A stretch of 64,000 nucleotides of DNA from an uncultured Candidatus Saccharibacteria bacterium (GTDB lineage: Bacteria > Patescibacteriota > Minisyncoccia > Phycocordibacterales > UBA918). Of the stretch, positions 29,839 to 36,879 are shown in pieces. The notes beneath the pieces were generated by a model. That model did no database searches, was not told the origin of the DNA, and saw nothing but the letters and a program-made list of their open reading frames with translations. The stretch lies in NCBI GenBank assembly GCA_964611205.1, contig CAZSZB010000002.1, forward strand, positions 74,609 to 138,608, read 5' to 3'. A program made the position numbers and the translations under genes. The stretch's first letter is position 1. The number at the start of each line of letters is the position of its first letter.

Positions 29839-29920
29839 GCCGGGATGGTGGAATTGGTAGACACGCAGCACTTAAACTGCTGTGAGGCAACTCGTGCGGG
29901 TTCAAGTCCCGCTCCCGGCA
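29839..29920 (+). tRNA. tRNA-Leu(TAA)
   Basis: gccggga/tcccggc, cagca-CTTAAAC-tgctg, variable arm, GGTTCAAGTCC. Confidence 0.96.
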
Positions 29921-30113
29921 CAAAGAAGACCCGCGTATGCGGGTTTTTGTCCGCTGGGAGAGTAAAGTCCGGGGGACTTTGTGTCGGGTCTTGAAAAGGT
30001 TGCTTGATATTTTATGAGCGACAGCGAAATAAAATACAAATAACCTGTACAGAATATGTAATATTCAAGTCCCGCTCCCGGCACAAAGAAGACCCGCCTA
30101 GGCGGGTCTTTTT
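29921..30113 (+). repeat. Downstream array of tRNA-Leu(TAA): hairpin, interrupted inverted 3' end, cassette, 34-bp direct repeat
   Basis: 30064-30097 is identical to 29901-29934; cassette at 29991-30054. Confidence 0.93.
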
Positions 30114-30118
30114 CTAAA

Positions 30119-31195
30119 CTAAGCTCCAATCTTGTGTTTTGCTCGTAAACGATGTTTTTTAAACTGCTCTGGTTTATGTTTATAGTTCTTTTGCACCAAC
30201 AGTTTTTTTATTTTTTTCGGTAGTTTATCGAAAACTATACACTTATACGAACAGAAGCCCTTTTTCTTATCTAAACACTCATCACAGCCCAAAAATAGAG
30301 CGTGACAGGCTATATTTTTACAGTGGTAGTGGGTATCACTTTTATTAATACTGCATAGATGACAATACGAGATAATCTCATTACCAATCCTCTCCCCTAA
30401 ACGTTCATCAAAAACAAAATTTTTTCCTAAAAATTTATTTGGTAAACCTTCCCTATCAACCTGATGTTTATAATCAATGATTCCTCCTTTAAGGTGTCGT
30501 ACATCTGTAAAGCCATTATGTTTAAGCCAAGCACTCGCCTTTTCGCAACGAATACCACCAGTACAATAGAGAGCAATTTTTTTGTTCTTATGAATTCTCA
30601 AAAGCTCTGGCGCTACTTTTAACTCCTCTCGAAAAGTATCCACCTCTGGACAAATCGCTCCCTCAAAATGTCCGATTTCCGCCTCATAGATATTCCTCAT
30701 ATCAACAATAACAGCTTCAGGATCATCGACGTAATCATTTATCTCTTTCGCTGTTAAATATTTACCAGTATCGGTCACATCAAAACTACTATCATCTAAA
30801 CCATCAGCCACTATTTTCTTTCTCACCTTAATAGTTAGTTTATAAAAAGAAGGTTTTTCACCTTCGTCAACAGCAATTTTATAAGGAATATCTCGGAATT
30901 CAGTCTTGTTCCTCATATATGCATCAAATTGATCCCAGTGTTTTTTAGGACAATTCATCTGAGCGTTAATACCTTCTTTTGCTACATAAATACGCCCCAG
31001 GCAACCGAGATTACCCCATCGTTCCAGAAGTTCTTTTTGCAAGATTACAGGGTCCTCAATTTTCACATATTTATAAAACGAAAAAGTTATTCGGGATAAC
31101 CCGTCATTAGCAACTTCACGTTTACGTACACTACGAGGGCGCAGATCTCTTTTCATAATGGGGAGCATAATACCGCGAGGATATCCAGACCGCAA
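30119..31195 (-). CDS. trhO: Rhodanese-domain tRNA uridine(34) hydroxylase TrhO/YceA family
   Basis: SFYKY, GRIYVAKEGINAQ, DMRNIYE..GHF, YCTGGIRCEKAS, FVFDER; true start probably 31168 or 31156. Confidence 0.88.
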   Translation of the reverse strand: MRSGYPRGIMLPIMKRDLRPRSVRKREVANDGLSRITFSFYKYVKIEDPVILQKELLERWGNLGCLGRIYVAKEGINAQMNCPKKHWDQFDAYMRNKTEFRDIPYKIAVDEGEKPSFYKLTIKVRKKIVADGLDDSSFDVTDTGKYLTAKEINDYVDDPEAVIVDMRNIYEAEIGHFEGAICPEVDTFREELKVAPELLRIHKNKKIALYCTGGIRCEKASAWLKHNGFTDVRHLKGGIIDYKHQVDREGLPNKFLGKNFVFDERLGERIGNEIISYCHLCSINKSDTHYHCKNIACHALFLGCDECLDKKKGFCSYKCIVFDKLPKKIKKLLVQKNYKHKPEQFKKHRLRAKHKIGA

Positions 31196-31267
31196 CTATA
31201 ACTACTAGAAAAACAGTACTCTTGTTGAAATACGGCTATAATTAGCCCTGAAATCAGTAGTTTTAGT

Positions 31268-31432
31268 TTGACTTTTAGTCATTTGTGTGCTATCATTAAT
31301 AGAAGTGGCACCCGCTCCCCTTTTCGGTGTATTCTCGACGAGAATTAATCGAAAAGTGGCGGGATGAGTCATGAAATGTAACGGATTCGCTTCCCTAAAT
31401 GGGTTCGAATCTATTGAAATAGGAGGTCAGAA
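31268..31432 (+). promoter_or_regulatory. Sigma70-type promoter and structured ~130-nt 5' leader with strong SD
   Basis: TTGACT...TGcTATCAT, nested stems cccgct/ggcggg, cttttcggt/atcgaaaag, attctc/gagaat, a second hairpin, then AGGAGGT. Confidence 0.6.
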
Positions 31433-32698
31433 ATGACCAATACACCGAAAAGGATCAGCTTCGACCGTGACGACAAGAACTTCACGGTACGGGACTGGCT
31501 GGAGACTGAGATAGCCTACTACGAAGATCTGATCGAGAGAAAAGAGAGCAGCTATGAAACCACAACTGTTTCAGAGTGGCTTTTCTGGACCATCAGTGCA
31601 GTGGTTGTTGTTATACTCTTCTTCCTGGCCGGCGTAACCATGTTCACGAACTGGCTTTTGCCACCTGTGGCAGAAGTTTACGGTGTGGCCCTCAACCCAC
31701 AGTGGCTTGTGCTTGTTCTAATCTTCATCTATCTGGCCGCAGGATTACGTCAGATAGACACCAGTGAAGTAGCCGGATTGGACTTTGCAGGGAAACCTGT
31801 ACTACAACTCGGCAACGGACTAAAATGGTACCCTTGGTTGCTTTTCAAACTTTCCATCGAGACAGTTCACCTCACACAAGGAGAATTGCCTGGAGATGCT
31901 GACCGTATCTTCTGGGGCGAAGAGGAGGAGGAGATGCCGTCTGGCATGGTCCGTCCCATATTCGTTCTTTCAGGTGAAAACCCGAGAGGTGGATTACCTT
32001 CCGACAAACAGATCAATCTGGGTGTATCGATGTTGGTAAAAGTAAAGATTATTCAGGATCGATTCTTTGACCTGATAATCAATATCGCGCCAGTAGACGA
32101 AAAAAACGGGCAGATGATCCGTGACACCATCACGGGTAACCAGTCCGTCACGCCCAGGCTGCTTGAAGTCCTGCGTCACCTGCGTGACACCAGCAGCGCT
32201 TTCGCTTCTGCTCTTGTTGGCAAACTGTCTTACAATGAGATCACCCATAACCGTGCTCTGGTAGACGAACTTTACCATCTGCGGGTCAAGTTGGAAGTGC
32301 TTGACTGGGGACTTGATTTGAAGGAAGCTCGCTTCACGAAATTCAACCCTGGCCACACCTACAACAGCGATTTGCAGAAAAGAAGCACGGCGGCTTCCGA
32401 ACGTGACGCAACCATCATGCAAGCTGAGGGTAAGAGAAAAGCCCTCATGTTGGAAGGTGAGGGCGAAGCAAGTAAACGGAGAAAATTTCTCCAAGCAGAA
32501 GCGGAGGGCCAGCAAGCCATTCGTGATGCTTTGGAGATAAGTGGTGACACCGTGATCGCTGCCGAAGTCGGCAAAGAAATCGCCAAGGGCGGAAACGCTG
32601 TGATTGCCGATGGTATTGGTGGTCTCGGAGCTTTGTTTGCCGCTGGTACTGAAAAGTTCAAGAAAACAAAAAAGGGAGACTCGGCTGACACCGAGTAG
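31433..32698 (+). CDS. SPFH/band 7-like membrane protein
   Basis: Two TM helices, SPFH-like core (..DWGLDLKEARFTKF), coiled-coil AEG repeats (IMQAEGKRKALMLEGEGEA..AEAEG). Confidence 0.7.
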   Translation: MTNTPKRISFDRDDKNFTVRDWLETEIAYYEDLIERKESSYETTTVSEWLFWTISAVVVVILFFLAGVTMFTNWLLPPVAEVYGVALNPQWLVLVLIFIYLAAGLRQIDTSEVAGLDFAGKPVLQLGNGLKWYPWLLFKLSIETVHLTQGELPGDADRIFWGEEEEEMPSGMVRPIFVLSGENPRGGLPSDKQINLGVSMLVKVKIIQDRFFDLIINIAPVDEKNGQMIRDTITGNQSVTPRLLEVLRHLRDTSSAFASALVGKLSYNEITHNRALVDELYHLRVKLEVLDWGLDLKEARFTKFNPGHTYNSDLQKRSTAASERDATIMQAEGKRKALMLEGEGEASKRRKFLQAEAEGQQAIRDALEISGDTVIAAEVGKEIAKGGNAVIADGIGGLGALFAAGTEKFKKTKKGDSADTE

Positions 32699-32704
32699 AC
32701 AAAG

Positions 32705-33280
32705 ATGAACCAACAAGTTGCAAACCAAAACACTATGTCGGGAATCGTTGTCATAGTGGTGCTGGCTATTGTCGTCATCGCTATTGCCAGATGGTTTCCC
32801 AGACGAAAATCTCGTTCAATAACGATGCTTACGACAGAGTCGGGCGAGAAAACAGTGGCTAGCGCACCAAGGTGGAAGCCGACATCCTGGCCGCCGACTG
32901 GTATGCTAGTCACGATCCTCATTGGTTCAATGGTCGGGATGTTGGTTTGGGTTTTCTGGCCTGAGGTCAATCTCTACCGTCAAGGGGTATGGGCCGAGGG
33001 ACAAAGTACCCTTCGTTGTAGTTCCGAGCCGAAAACCGAAGTGCTTGACGCAACGAATCCCACGGCAGAATACTATTACTGCCCAGGGATGATGTGGGAC
33101 CTACACCGAGGTAGGGGCGGAATACTGTTGGCGTCAGCCAACCGGGGGGCCCTCCTCAGATTTGAAGAAGGGCCGATTTCCTTCTTCAACTCTGTTGACC
33201 ACGGAGTCACAGTCATCAACCTCAAATGGATAGGTGGCGACCCCGTTCCTATCATTCTCTCCTACATACCCAGTAGATGA
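32705..33280 (+). CDS. Hypothetical membrane protein
   Basis: Two TM segments; co-transcribed with the SPFH gene and followed by a terminator at ~33298-33336. Confidence 0.65.
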   Translation: MNQQVANQNTMSGIVVIVVLAIVVIAIARWFPRRKSRSITMLTTESGEKTVASAPRWKPTSWPPTGMLVTILIGSMVGMLVWVFWPEVNLYRQGVWAEGQSTLRCSSEPKTEVLDATNPTAEYYYCPGMMWDLHRGRGGILLASANRGALLRFEEGPISFFNSVDHGVTVINLKWIGGDPVPIILSYIPSR

Positions 33281-33359
33281 GGAATGAGACGCAAATGCCC
33301 CATCCGGCCAATCTTGGTCGGGTGGGGTTTCTTTTTATATAAAATTATAAAATATAGAA

Positions 33360-33695
33360 TTAGCGAGGAAAAGTTTTGCTAAAATCACTATCAGTCTTAG
33401 CTGCATCAAGCTCTCCCTTAAGACCGAAGGTTCCAGCAGCTATAGATAAAATAGATAAAGCGGAAATCATAACCAGTAAGCCAACTATACCCCAAATGAT
33501 ATGTCTTCTACCTGTTGCTCGCGCTTCTACACTTTCAGAGTTTTTAACATACTCAAATAATCCGTAGAGAAAAACCAGCAAAGCAACCGCCAACATTAGC
33601 GTAATCAGAGGATAGAGAATAAACTGGTTTATTTTATCTAAAAAACCTTGAGCGGCGACAATATGGCTATCTGCGTAAGCAAAATTTATTAACAT
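33360..33695 (-). CDS. VirB2/TrbC-like pilin
   Basis: Two TM helices, G..YV...ARATGRRHIIWGIVG. Confidence 0.8.
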   Translation of the reverse strand: MLINFAYADSHIVAAQGFLDKINQFILYPLITLMLAVALLVFLYGLFEYVKNSESVEARATGRRHIIWGIVGLLVMISALSILSIAAGTFGLKGELDAAKTDSDFSKTFPR

Positions 33696-33749
33696 AAATG
33701 ACTTTGTATCTAGTACCTTCTAATCAAGAAGATACTTGATCATAACCAT

Positions 33750-34133
33750 CTAACGAGTGTTGGAAGTTGGAACGTTAGGAATATTCTGGATGTTCTCTTG
33801 GTTAGAAAAACCGAGACCACCAGCAATCAGGTTCACAATACCAAAAATAGAAACCATCACCACAAAGCCAACAATCGCATACAGCATAAGTTGTCGACCT
33901 TCTTTTTGCTTCTCAGGATCATGGCCGCCTAAGATAAAATATTTAAATACTCCATAAATAAACATCAAAAGAGCAATGGCAAATACTAATGGAATCAATG
34001 TGTTGTTAATAAAAATCGAGATATCATCCATAAAAGTATTAATCTGACCGAACTGAGCCAAAGTTATTACTGGAGCCAACATAAGGGCAAATCCGCCCAA
34101 AATCATACTTATTTTCTTCATATATTTTTTCAT
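33750..34133 (-). CDS. VirB2/TrbC-like pilin
   Basis: Signal peptide, GVFKYFILGG.DPEKQKEGRQLMLYAIVG. Confidence 0.82.
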   Translation of the reverse strand: MKKYMKKISMILGGFALMLAPVITLAQFGQINTFMDDISIFINNTLIPLVFAIALLMFIYGVFKYFILGGHDPEKQKEGRQLMLYAIVGFVVMVSIFGIVNLIAGGLGFSNQENIQNIPNVPTSNTR

Positions 34134-34200
34134 TATTAATTTACTTTATTATACAAGAAAATCATTGCTTAAAGCCAAATAATTCTCAAATTGTGAATAT

Positions 34201-34461
34201 CTAAAATAGAGAGTTTTGTAGGATTTTTAAAATTCCCCAAATCCCAGACATAATCACTAGGGCAATGACGCCAGTGATAGCTAATTGTTTTCCTTTCTCA
34301 ATACTAGTTGGATCGTCAGAGTGTATAATCCAAGCATTGATTATACCCCAAGCTATATAAAGAAAAGTAACAGCAAATAACAGAGGTATTATAAGTGAAA
34401 TAAAACCAATAAATATATCCACTAAACCGGTAAAATCTTGTGCTCGATTTAGATTTCCCAT
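34201..34461 (-). CDS. VirB2/TrbC-like pilin (short)
   Basis: Two TM helices, DDPTSIEKGKQLAITGVI. Confidence 0.75.
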   Translation of the reverse strand: MGNLNRAQDFTGLVDIFIGFISLIIPLLFAVTFLYIAWGIINAWIIHSDDPTSIEKGKQLAITGVIALVIMSGIWGILKILQNSLF

Positions 34462-34465
34462 ATTT

Positions 34466-34912
34466 TTATTTTAAGATTGAATCTACTGTACCGCTAATAA
34501 TAACCATCAAGGCTTTCGCTCCCAGGATTATAACCGCTCCTAAAAGTGAATATAATATAGCTCGGTGGGCCTTTTGGACAGTATCGACGTTACCTCTGGC
34601 AGTAACATAGAGGAAACCGGCGTAAATGATAAAAAAGACTATTATGGGTATGGCAAATATCATCACAATATCTAGAATGATATTAAATAAATCAGGGATA
34701 GAACTTACATCTTCCCTTAAAGGATTATTGAGCCCAGTTGGTCGTTCCTCTACTCTAGGTGAATAATCAGTGCCTCTAGGGCTACCATCAGTACCTGATG
34801 GAGAATAATCAGTGCCTCCTCCAACAGCCAATACTGACTGAGTTGAAAAGAAAGCTAAAAGCACTATAAAAAATATTTTAGAGATTGAAAAAAATTTCAT
34901 ACTAATATTCAA
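34466..34912 (-). CDS. VirB2/TrbC-like pilin with 3x 7-aa repeat
   Basis: Signal peptide, GTDYSPS/GTDGSPR/GTDYSPR, LNNPL, YAGFLYVTARGN...KAHRAILY. Confidence 0.82.
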   Translation of the reverse strand: MNISMKFFSISKIFFIVLLAFFSTQSVLAVGGGTDYSPSGTDGSPRGTDYSPRVEERPTGLNNPLREDVSSIPDLFNIILDIVMIFAIPIIVFFIIYAGFLYVTARGNVDTVQKAHRAILYSLLGAVIILGAKALMVIISGTVDSILK

Positions 34913-36209
34913 AGGTTAATTTACGAATAGCGTCCGACACTGCATTATCCACCCGACTTCTACCAGATACCACATCTTCTACCATAGTAGCAAATATTTC
35001 ATTGCTGATTTTAGGATTTGGATCAAGCCAACCGCGAGCCACTAAAGCAGCTTTGGTTATCACCTGCCGGTAAGGACTAACGTCTTCTATGGTCAACGCT
35101 GTTCGCAGAGGTGAGGCCATATTCAACGACTGAACTAGGGCAGGGGCATATTGTTCTGAAGCCAGCGTTAAGGCAGCTGCGTAAGCTCCCTGTTTGTTAG
35201 TGGCGGCAGTAGGAATAGCGAATCCATAGAAATCACCATAGGTACGGAAGACTGTGGCTGAAGAACCTTGAGGTATGGTGGAGACATCAAAATTCAAATT
35301 TGGGTTTTTATCGGCTATGTCTCTAACCTCAGAACCAAAACCAAAATAAATTGCTAAATCTTCGGCAATAAAAGCATTCTTAGAACTAGCTTGGGCTCGA
35401 TTCCAAGTATAAAGTGGGCTGGCAGTGTCACTAAAGCGAGTGAAGAAATCCAAAGAAGCCATTACTGGTGGTCTGGCAGAGCTGGAGTCAGCATAGTTCA
35501 TCATTACTTCATAGCCTTTTTCGTCCTGGGTTACTAGTTTACTCCCAGACTGCATCGCTAAACTCATCAAAATAGCTTTAGCATTATCAATGTTGCTAAA
35601 CTCTCCCATAGCAACGGCACTTTGAATAATATTACGACTAGTGTCCCGGATGGTTAAACTTGGTACGACTTTGCTCAGCAGTGTTTCCCAATTACTAGGT
35701 GCCGTTGCGATACCTCCAGTAGCAAAAAGATCACGGTTCCAGTACATAATTAGCGGATCGATAGCAAAAGGAATAGCGTAAACACCATTAACCATCATAA
35801 AAATCTCTGCCCCATCTATATAAGTATCCCTGAAGGCTCTCTCAGATAAAGAAGTGTACGGTATCGGTGTTAATTTTGCTCGATGCTTTACTAGACTATC
35901 TGCTTTAAGAATAATCAAATCTGGAGACCGCCCCTCTGCAACTGCATTAACAAAAACATCATCAAAAGATCTCTCGTCTATGTATTGATATTTGACTACA
36001 TTAAAGTCAGGACTATCAATTGATATCTTGTCGAAAATATTACCCATCACCGATGGATTAAGGGTGCCCCAAATAACTACTTGATCACCGTAAGTATAGT
36101 TAGCTTTTTTTATAGAAGGACTGTAGGTTTTAACTAAAATGAGAGCGAGAATCGCCAAGAAGACGAAGATTCCTAAAAGAGCTATTTGAAATGGTCTGAT
36201 GTTTGTCAT
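34902..36209 (-). CDS. Extracellular solute-binding protein (family 1-like)
   Basis: N-terminal TM, AEGRSPDL, YAIPFAIDPLIMYWNRDLF, P.NW; no permease adjacent. Confidence 0.8.
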   Translation of the reverse strand: MTNIRPFQIALLGIFVFLAILALILVKTYSPSIKKANYTYGDQVVIWGTLNPSVMGNIFDKISIDSPDFNVVKYQYIDERSFDDVFVNAVAEGRSPDLIILKADSLVKHRAKLTPIPYTSLSERAFRDTYIDGAEIFMMVNGVYAIPFAIDPLIMYWNRDLFATGGIATAPSNWETLLSKVVPSLTIRDTSRNIIQSAVAMGEFSNIDNAKAILMSLAMQSGSKLVTQDEKGYEVMMNYADSSSARPPVMASLDFFTRFSDTASPLYTWNRAQASSKNAFIAEDLAIYFGFGSEVRDIADKNPNLNFDVSTIPQGSSATVFRTYGDFYGFAIPTAATNKQGAYAAALTLASEQYAPALVQSLNMASPLRTALTIEDVSPYRQVITKAALVARGWLDPNPKISNEIFATMVEDVVSGRSRVDNAVSDAIRKLTFEY

Positions 36210-36214
36210 ATATA

Positions 36215-36784
36215 TTATGGTTTACGAAAAGCTAATCCATAATGATGATCGCCAGCATCGAACTCTCTTTCCAGCACTAAACCAGCTGTTTCGCATAGAG
36301 CCATAGCTTCATCCTTATCTACTACCTGATCGGCTTGTGGTCCCATTCCAGAAAAAGAGTTAGCCCAGTCGATTACAAACAACTTACCACCGTTACGTAG
36401 GGTACGGAATATTTCCTGTAAAGCTATTTCTTTCTGTTCAAATTGAAAAAGAGAATTAACCAAGATTCCAGCGTCTAGTATTCCTGTGGGTATCTTAGTT
36501 CCTTCAATCTCCTCGACATCTGACCATAGCGGATCAACATTAGATAAGTTTTTCAATCTTACTAAGTCACCAATTTTCTCAACTAACTGCTTTTGTATCT
36601 CGCAAGCATAAACACTACCCTCATCACCAACTAATTTTGACAAAGTTTCTAAAAAATAACCCGAGCCTGCTCCGAAGTCGGCTACTTTATCTCCAGGTCT
36701 TAATTGAAAATGAGTAGCAACCACAGAGGGCACCACGAAACGGCCTGAAAAAAGAGGGTTACCAGAAGAGGTATTTGAATCCAT
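36215..36784 (-). CDS. Class I SAM-dependent methyltransferase
   Basis: VADFGAGSG, VYACEI, LRNGGKLFVIDW. Confidence 0.88.
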   Translation of the reverse strand: MDSNTSSGNPLFSGRFVVPSVVATHFQLRPGDKVADFGAGSGYFLETLSKLVGDEGSVYACEIQKQLVEKIGDLVRLKNLSNVDPLWSDVEEIEGTKIPTGILDAGILVNSLFQFEQKEIALQEIFRTLRNGGKLFVIDWANSFSGMGPQADQVVDKDEAMALCETAGLVLEREFDAGDHHYGLAFRKP

Positions 36785-36830
36785 ATTAAATATTATAACC
36801 TAGTAATGTTGCTAATAAAGTTAGGGTGTT

Positions 36831-36869
36831 GAAGAAAAGGCCGACAGCAAAGCTGTCGGCCTTTTCTTC
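36831..36869 (-). terminator. Terminator after gyrA
   Basis: gaagaaaaggccgacagc-aaa-gctgtcggccttttcttc. Confidence 0.85.
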
Positions 36870-36879
36870 CATTTCCACT

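Noticed and set aside
29901-30097. Prophage/ICE attL-attR pair from the 34-bp tRNA 3' duplication
   Set aside because: Only ~130 nt of hairpins lie between the copies, with no integrase or cargo; inverted and 5' fragments are not explained by ordinary integration.
28639-30113. CRISPR or TIGR-type array
   Set aside because: Repeats are tRNA fragments of varying length and orientation with no constant repeat-spacer period; no cas or Nop-domain gene is present in the window.
31994-32970. Long antisense ORFs (244 and 203 aa) opposite the SPFH operon
   Set aside because: Shadow frames of GC-richer genes; the plus strand carries the promoter, SD, TM pattern and terminator.
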